Shown here: piece by piece, positions 6,837 to 12,847 of the stretch | Numbering within the stretch: the first letter of the stretch is position 1 | Layout: the number at the start of each line of letters is the position of its first letter | Source: Promethearchaeota archaeon | GTDB taxonomy: Archaea; Asgardarchaeota; Lokiarchaeia; Sigyniarchaeales; SOKP01 | NCBI GenBank assembly: GCA_004524535.1 | Contig: SDNY01000103.1 | Span: 1 to 12,847, forward strand | Direction: 5' to 3' | DNA: 12,847 bases | The notes under the pieces: generated by a model | What the model saw: the letters and a program-made list of their open reading frames with translations, nothing else | Databases searched by the model: none | Told to the model about the DNA's origin: nothing | Position numbers and translations under genes: made by a program

Positions 6837-8067
6837 TTTGTATTTTATTTCTAGTTTCTAAAGATAGTTCATTTTCCTCTGAATTCTCAATCTTAAAATC
6901 CTTGAATATCAAATAGACTAGGATTAGCATTAAAGATATAGGAAATAAACTTATTAAAAGCACATAAAAAATGTAACTTCTAATATCAGATATAAGGTTA
7001 GGTACTATAAAGTTAAATTGACTTTCGAAATAAAAGGGCCCAATTATTTGAAATATGAGTAAAATTAATGTAATTATCAGGATCAAAATTAAATAATTTC
7101 TTTGAAGCGGATTTTTGAGTAAATATAAGCTTATTGGGATAATTATAGGAAACCCTATAAAAAAAATACGGGAATAATTTACTGATAAAAAACCCAGTAG
7201 AAATATAAATGGTAGAAGGATTATTGAATTCTTCAAAAAACGATTTTCGATTTTTTTTAAATATAAATATAAAAAACTAATTAGCCATAAGACTCCAAAT
7301 GTTCGATAAAACATATAGGGATGATAGAAAAGCTTCCTATTAAAAAAGAACAAATTCAATCGTAAGACAAATACAATTCTAGAAAATGAAAAATAGATAT
7401 AATTAAAACCCATAATAAAACGAATTATTAGAAATACACTTATGGGAGGTATTGATATTAACAATGTAGATAGAATACTTGACCTTAGATCTTTTTCTTT
7501 AAGTTCCAAGAAAAAGAATAAAACTAAAGTAATTAAAAGAATTTCCTTATTTGCCGTTCCAATAGTTACACTAATAAGAAACAGTTTTTTATTTGAATCT
7601 AATAATGCATATAAAGCTAATAAAAAGAAGAAGAAGGTTAAGAAATCAACAAAACAGATATTTTGGAGAAGGTAAATATTTATTGGACTTATGATAAATA
7701 AAAATACACCACTCAAACTAATTGGAAAGCTAAATCCGATTTTTCTAAGAAAATAATAAAATAAAAGAGATGTAGCGTAAAATCCAGTTAAATTTACAAT
7801 AATAAATCCTATAAGGGTCTCAACTGGCAAAATTGCAACTAATAAGGGCGTTAATATTCTATACATGAAAATGGGTCTTCTATCTCTAAAATTAGAATCT
7901 ACCATAACATAATATATATGAGCATCACCTTCCGTACTTACCGTTAAGAATGGATGTATAAAAATCACGCCAATTATTATTATAGATAAAATTGTTAGGA
8001 AACACATTAGATTAAGTATAAAAAATTGAAATCTAGGTGAATCTTTGTTTATAATTCTAATGCTCAT
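6829..8067 (-). CDS. Polytopic membrane protein, GT-C-fold glycosyltransferase-like (paralog A)
   Basis: About 10-11 hydrophobic segments, D-xxx-Y in the first loop, YRILTP, NKE and a late-loop Arg (NYSR). This layout resembles PMT/ArnT-type GT-C enzymes; the function is inferred. Confidence 0.6.
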   Translation of the reverse strand: MSIRIINKDSPRFQFFILNLMCFLTILSIIIIGVIFIHPFLTVSTEGDAHIYYVMVDSNFRDRRPIFMYRILTPLLVAILPVETLIGFIIVNLTGFYATSLLFYYFLRKIGFSFPISLSGVFLFIISPINIYLLQNICFVDFLTFFFFLLALYALLDSNKKLFLISVTIGTANKEILLITLVLFFFLELKEKDLRSSILSTLLISIPPISVFLIIRFIMGFNYIYFSFSRIVFVLRLNLFFFNRKLFYHPYMFYRTFGVLWLISFLYLYLKKIENRFLKNSIILLPFIFLLGFLSVNYSRIFFIGFPIIIPISLYLLKNPLQRNYLILILIITLILLIFQIIGPFYFESQFNFIVPNLISDIRSYIFYVLLISLFPISLMLILVYLIFKDFKIENSEENELSLETRNKIQIK

Positions 8068-8068
8068 T

Positions 8069-9304
8069 TTAAGTAATGGAATTTTTATTTCTATTCTCTA
8101 AATTTATTTCATTTTCCTCAGAATTCCTAATCTTTAAATCTTTGAATAGCAAATAGACTAGGATTAACATCAAATATATAGTGAATAAAGATGATAATAG
8201 CACATAATAAACATAACTTTCAAATTCAATTATAATTTTAGGTGTAGATCTGAAAAAATAAAGAGGACCAATTATTTGACTTATGAGTAAAATTAATGTA
8301 ATTATCAGGATCAAAATTAAATATTTTCTTTGAAGCGGATTTTTGAGTAAATATAAGCTTATTGGGATAATTATAGGAAAAGCTATAAAAATAGGACGGG
8401 TATAATCTATTGCAAAAAAACCCTGTAGAAATATGAATGGTAGAAGGATTATTGATTTCTTTAAAAAAGGATTTTCGATTTTTTTTGAATAGAAATATAA
8501 AAAACTAATCAGCCATAAGACTCCAAATGTTAGATAGAACATATACGGATGAAAGAAAATATTTATGTTGATAACATTCAAATGCCTTTGTAGAGTAATT
8601 ATGATTGTAATATGTGAATAATAGACCGCAATAAAATGCATAGTATAACGAATTATTAGGAATACACTTATAGGAGGTATTGATATTAACAATGTAGATA
8701 GAATACTTGACCTTAGATCTTTTTCTTTAAGTTCCAAGTAAAAAAATAAGACTAAAGTAATTAAAAGAGTTTCCTTATTTGCCGTTCCAATAGTTACACT
8801 AATAAGAAACAGTTTTTTATTTGAATCTAATAACGCATATAAAGCTAATAAAAAGAAGAAGAATGTTAAGAATTCAACAAAACAGATATGTTGGAGAAGG
8901 AAAATATTTACTGGACTTATAATAAATAAAAATACACCACTCAAACTAATTGTGAAGCTAAATCCGATTTTTCTAAGAAAATAATAAAATAAAAGGGATG
9001 TAGCGTAAAATCCAGTTAAATTTACAATTATAAATCCTATAAGAGTCTCAACTGGTAGAATTGCAACTAATAAGGGCGTTAATATTCTATACCTGAAAGG
9101 GATCCCTCCTTGCATAAGATTAATTTCTGCCATAAAATAATATTTATGCCCATCGTTTATTGGAACTACCGATAAGAATGGATGTATAAAAATTACGCCA
9201 ATTACTATTATAGATAGAATTGTTAGGAAACACATTAGATTAAGTATAAAAAATTGAAATCTCGGCGAATCCTTGTTTATATTCATTGTTCTAATACGTT
9301 TCAT
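8069..9304 (-). CDS. Polytopic membrane protein, GT-C-fold glycosyltransferase-like (paralog B)
   Basis: Tandem paralog of 6829..8067, separated by 1 nt. Motifs NDGHKY, PFRYRILTP, NKE and DYTR. Confidence 0.6.
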   Translation of the reverse strand: MKRIRTMNINKDSPRFQFFILNLMCFLTILSIIVIGVIFIHPFLSVVPINDGHKYYFMAEINLMQGGIPFRYRILTPLLVAILPVETLIGFIIVNLTGFYATSLLFYYFLRKIGFSFTISLSGVFLFIISPVNIFLLQHICFVEFLTFFFFLLALYALLDSNKKLFLISVTIGTANKETLLITLVLFFYLELKEKDLRSSILSTLLISIPPISVFLIIRYTMHFIAVYYSHITIIITLQRHLNVININIFFHPYMFYLTFGVLWLISFLYFYSKKIENPFLKKSIILLPFIFLQGFFAIDYTRPIFIAFPIIIPISLYLLKNPLQRKYLILILIITLILLISQIIGPLYFFRSTPKIIIEFESYVYYVLLSSLFTIYLMLILVYLLFKDLKIRNSEENEINLENRNKNSIT

Positions 9305-10245
9305 AAAAATTCTAAAATTTGGTTATGTTTAATAATTATAGATTTTTAAAAAAATAAATTTTTTTATAACGATATTATATGTTCGGTACAATCCCTTTTA
9401 TTGATAATGTTGCTGAAAAGAGCTCCAAATATTTTTATTAACGTCACTAACTCATTTATTTCGATAAAAAGATATTTTAGAGCAATCTTTATTAAAAAAG
9501 GGATTTATTGAATGAATAATTATCTTTAGTGAATTATAATATATGTTTTGGCTATATTTATATCAGCTATTAAAACGGATATCTTACTTTTCCTTTTTTT
9601 GTCTCTAAATTTGAATATAAAGCTCTAGATATTCTGTTTGGAAAAAAGAGTCATCAAAAAATCTATTGGGTTTTTTTAATATATCTATTAATCTCAATTT
9701 TTAATAAATTTTATCAAATTAGTCAATAAAGTAAGGAAAAAAAGAGATCTTTAATGCAAAAAATGGGTATGAACCCCCATTATTAAGGAGTTGATATATT
9801 TTATTAATCACTTATTAAACATAGCATATTAATCTGCAAATATTGTTATCTCGTTAATAAAATTCTTTAAATAATGATTTTTCTTATAGCTTAATCTTTA
9901 GAAGATATTTTATGAAAATACTTAATTATTTGCGGATTCGGTTCATTCGTAATTAAATTAAGAGATTTTATAGAATTGGTTAAAAATACTATCGCCGACG
10001 AATATACGAAAATCCTTCTATTTCGTTTTTTTCAACTAATTTTTACTGAAGCCGTAGTTCAATTTTTAGAATCAATTTTAATGATTATATTATTTTAAGA
10101 ATATAGTTTTATTTAAAAGTCGATTATAGCTTTAGAATATTGAAATATTCTTTAATATTTTAAGAAAAAACTTTTTCAGAAAGAACTAGAATTTCTTTAA
10201 TGCTTATATTAATAGTTCAAAAATGTTATTTTAATAGAGTGTATT

Positions 10246-10326
10246 TTAAGTTAGCTCTGATTCATAGATCATCATTCGAGCGATTTTAATAAATATTTCT
10301 TCAATATTTTCACCAATTTTAGAAGA
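10246..10326 (-). pseudogene. 3' relic of a second small GTPase gene
   Basis: Translates to SSKIGENIEEIFIKIARMMIYESELT*, which aligns ungapped with SAKTGENVELIFYKIARNLVKIAGLI* of the adjacent GTPase (13/26 identical, same stop position). An in-frame TAA lies four codons upstream. Confidence 0.8.
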
Positions 10327-10433
10327 TTTATTAATTTAATTCAAATTTTAAAAAAACAATTTTTAATCATAATTTCTGTTAATTTCTTTAGATTAAGATA
10401 ATCCTATTTTTTTTAGAAGTTAAATGAATTTAA

Positions 10434-10976
10434 TTAAATCAATCCTGCTATTTTTACCAAGTTTCGAGCTATTTTATAGAAAATTAATTCCACATTTTCG
10501 CCAGTTTTTGCAGAACATTCAACATAATCTTGGAGGTCGTATTTCTTTGCCATGGCAACCGCATCACTACTAATAACAGATCGTCTATCGTGGAGGTCTA
10601 ACTTACCTCCAACCAGGGTAATAGGAACTTTCTGATCACTATCCTTAGTCCCTTCATAAAAAACTTCAAGCCATTTAGGTAAGTTTTTTAAACTAGAAAC
10701 CCTTGTTATATCGAACATAAAAATACCAATTGAGGCTCCTATAACATAACTTGGTAAAAGGAAACGAAATCGTTCCTCACCAGCAAAATCCCAGATTTGG
10801 AGTGCTATTTTTTTATCCTCTATTTCTAAAGTTTTAAGTAAAAAATCTACACCTAAGGTCATAATTGAATTACTTTTAAAGAGTCCCGTTAAATACCTAT
10901 TGGCAAGACATGTTTTTCCTACGCCACCATCTCCAAATAAACACACCTTAAATATAGCATCTTGCACAAGACTCAC
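10434..10976 (-). CDS. Rab-like small GTPase (Ras superfamily)
   Basis: G1 GDGGVGKT, G2 TLGVDF, G3 WDFAGEERF, G4 GGKLD, G5 SAK. No C-terminal cysteine prenylation motif. Confidence 0.95.
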   Translation of the reverse strand: MSLVQDAIFKVCLFGDGGVGKTCLANRYLTGLFKSNSIMTLGVDFLLKTLEIEDKKIALQIWDFAGEERFRFLLPSYVIGASIGIFMFDITRVSSLKNLPKWLEVFYEGTKDSDQKVPITLVGGKLDLHDRRSVISSDAVAMAKKYDLQDYVECSAKTGENVELIFYKIARNLVKIAGLI

Positions 10977-11119
10977 CCGTAAATCTCATCTTATTTAAAT
11001 AAATAATTAATATACAAATTGTATTGTTCTTTTTTAAATTTTTATTTATGAAACATTGATTTTAATTCATTCCTCAAAAAGATAATAAAAATAATACTAA
11101 AAAGTTTAATCGTTTATAA

Positions 11120-12544
11120 TTAAATTTCCTTATTTTTATAGAAATCAGAGTAGATTTTTAAGAAATAATAATTTGACAACCTTGTATTTATAATTGAATC
11201 TATTTGAATAAATTCATTAGGGGCGTGAGCGAATCCACCAATGCCCAGACCTCCACTGATAAAATTTAATCCCAAAATTTTTTTTATTTCGCTTAGTGGA
11301 GCAGCATCAGCGCTTATTGGCCATAATTCAGTAGAAACTCCTAAAACATCTGCACTTTTTATCAGACTTTTAACTAACGCAAAATCTTTTTTGACTCGAG
11401 ATCCTTCATACCCCGCATTCCTAATTAAATCAATTTTGGATTTAGTACCTTTAGAAAAATTTTCAACTTTTTCTTTAATTTCTTTGAAAATTTGTTCTAC
11501 AGAAATATTATGTGCAAATCTAATGTCTATTTTGCATATTGCTTCATTTGGGACATAATTTTTCGTTCCTTCTTCTAAATAGCCGGATTTTAATGTAGAA
11601 ATATTAAAAGTTGGATTAAATAAGTAATTGGTAAATGTCAATTTAGGATCGCTTTCAATTGTTTGCACTATTCCAGCTTTCTTTATTATTTTATTTATAT
11701 TGAATTTATTGATTAAAACGTCGATAAGTGTTTGTTCTTCTTCTGAAAGCACGTAAGGTTCTTTCAAGCAATCAATATGAAACTCATTATTAGAATAGAT
11801 GGTATTAATTAAAGAGATCAAATCAACCGCAGGATTTGGGATCATTGCACTAAATGCTGAGTGTGGCTCTTTATTTTCTGATGAAACTTTTATGGTTAAA
11901 GATATAATTCCCTTATAACCTAACTTTAAAACTGAAATTCCGTTAAGATCTTGCTTTGTTGATGGATAATAGGCGCCAATACAATTGTTAAAAATCTTAT
12001 TGTTACGTTCATTTTCAAGAAATTTCAATAAAGTTGGCGAACCTTTCTCCTCCTCACCGTCGAATAGAAGCACCAATGATATCGGTAATTCATTCTTCTC
12101 TTTCAATAATTTTATAACACTTAAGAAGCATAATAAAGGGGTTTTTGAATTATAAGCACCTCTAGCGATTATACATTTACCTAAAGTATTTAATGGTGGG
12201 GAAAGAATTCTTATTTCTGAACCAAAAGGGTCACATATCCATTGTTCTTTTTTATTTATTGGTTGAGTATCATACATCATATAAACAAGCAATTTTTTTT
12301 TTAATTTACCTTCAACTTTCACAATAATTAAAGGGTTAATTTCACCAGAACTTTCAATGATCTCCTTAGAAAAGCTTGAAATATAAGAGATTAAAAATTC
12401 TTTTGCTTTTTTAATGCCTTTTTCATTTAGAGTATTACTAGGGATCTTCAAAAAGGGAATTAGTTCACTTTTAATAAATTCATCATTGCTTTCCTTTAAG
12501 AGTTTTTCAATTATTGGGATTTCATTCTCATTCTCATTTTTCAT
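11120..12544 (-). CDS. M20/M25/M40 family metallo-hydrolase (ArgE/DapE/Dug1-like) with atypical metal site
   Basis: YDTQP...W..DPF, ARGA, DGEEEKGS, LGYKG, HS, PTFNI, DIRF and AHAPNE motifs. Confidence 0.9.
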   Translation of the reverse strand: MKNENENEIPIIEKLLKESNDEFIKSELIPFLKIPSNTLNEKGIKKAKEFLISYISSFSKEIIESSGEINPLIIVKVEGKLKKKLLVYMMYDTQPINKKEQWICDPFGSEIRILSPPLNTLGKCIIARGAYNSKTPLLCFLSVIKLLKEKNELPISLVLLFDGEEEKGSPTLLKFLENERNNKIFNNCIGAYYPSTKQDLNGISVLKLGYKGIISLTIKVSSENKEPHSAFSAMIPNPAVDLISLINTIYSNNEFHIDCLKEPYVLSEEEQTLIDVLINKFNINKIIKKAGIVQTIESDPKLTFTNYLFNPTFNISTLKSGYLEEGTKNYVPNEAICKIDIRFAHNISVEQIFKEIKEKVENFSKGTKSKIDLIRNAGYEGSRVKKDFALVKSLIKSADVLGVSTELWPISADAAPLSEIKKILGLNFISGGLGIGGFAHAPNEFIQIDSIINTRLSNYYFLKIYSDFYKNKEI

Positions 12545-12611
12545 ATATAATAAAATAGTTAAATTAATAATTAATTTAATTAATCATTGGAATTTGAAGC
12601 AATCAATTATA

Positions 12612-12847
12612 ATGAGTAAATACTCTTCGTCATATTCTATGAAATTCGAAGCTATAAACTTAATATTAGATGAAATGAAAGAAATAGGCAAGTTTAAGGG
12701 AATTTTATTTTCTAAGCGTGATGGAGGATTAATTGCTGAAAATATTGGTAAAGATATTGATTATAATGAGTTTGCGGCGATGTGTGCTTCTGTTTTTGAA
12801 AGTGCTGAAGGATTAGGAAAGACCTTTGGAGTTAATAAAATTGGCAA
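12612..12847 (+). CDS. Roadblock/LC7 domain protein (3'-truncated by the window edge; not in the ORF track)
   Basis: MSKYSSSYSMKFEAINLILDEMKEIGKFKGILFSKRDGGLIAENIGKDIDYNEFAAMCASVFESAEGLGKTFG... shows the GxxxxxxDGxxIA and AAMxAS Roadblock motifs. The frame is open to the window end. Confidence 0.85.
   Translation, partial: MSKYSSSYSMKFEAINLILDEMKEIGKFKGILFSKRDGGLIAENIGKDIDYNEFAAMCASVFESAEGLGKTFGVNKIG

Larger units (their letters stand above)
6829..9304 (-). repeat. ~1.24-kb tandem gene duplication
   Basis: Long near-identical nucleotide blocks, e.g. ~7421-7660 vs ~8649-8888 and ~7056-7150 vs ~8283-8377. Confidence 0.95.

Noticed and set aside
7442-7675. 77-aa Lys-rich plus-strand ORF
   Set aside because: Antisense to Phe/Leu-rich TM codons of paralog A; the equivalent frame in paralog B is interrupted by a stop.
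6829-9304. Diversity-generating retroelement as the explanation for the paralog variable regions
   Set aside because: No reverse transcriptase or separate template repeat is present in the window. The differences involve all four bases and indels rather than adenine-only substitutions.
9762-9781. Hairpin AATGGG-tatgaacc-CCCATT, resembling a tRNA T-arm on the minus strand
   Set aside because: The loop does not fit TTCRANY and no acceptor, D or anticodon arms can be built around it.
9305-10433. CRISPR array or IS/MITE in the long intergenic region
   Set aside because: No regularly spaced 25-40-nt direct repeats, no transposase fragment, and no target-site duplication around the 10-bp inverted repeat.
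11241-11558. 105-aa plus-strand ORF
   Set aside because: Lies entirely antisense within the M20 hydrolase gene and has no motif.

Overview
AT-rich archaeal window, most consistent with an Asgard archaeon (Lokiarchaeia-like), judged from two Roadblock/LC7 genes and a Rab-like small GTPase without a prenylation motif. It has two parts. (1) About 1-3900 looks like the right arm of an integrated mobile element or provirus (inferred; no integrase, capsid or att site is visible). It carries a winged-HTH gene, a remodelled PCNA sliding clamp (100-aa N-terminal extension, ~28-aa internal insertion, LAPR->LACR change), small Zn-finger proteins, ORFs that appear to start at ATT/ATA, and a regular GATTTA repeat array in a divergent promoter region. 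(2) About 4100-12847 looks chromosomal. It holds a Roadblock protein, a CTP-dependent polyprenol/DAG kinase-family protein, a HAD-IIA hydrolase, and two tandem GT-C-like membrane paralogs that are near-identical except in four discrete segments. These are followed by a 1.1-kb AT-rich gap containing a relic of a second GTPase, an intact small GTPase, an M20 hydrolase with substituted metal ligands, and a second, truncated Roadblock gene. All family assignments come from motif recognition by eye, not from database searches.
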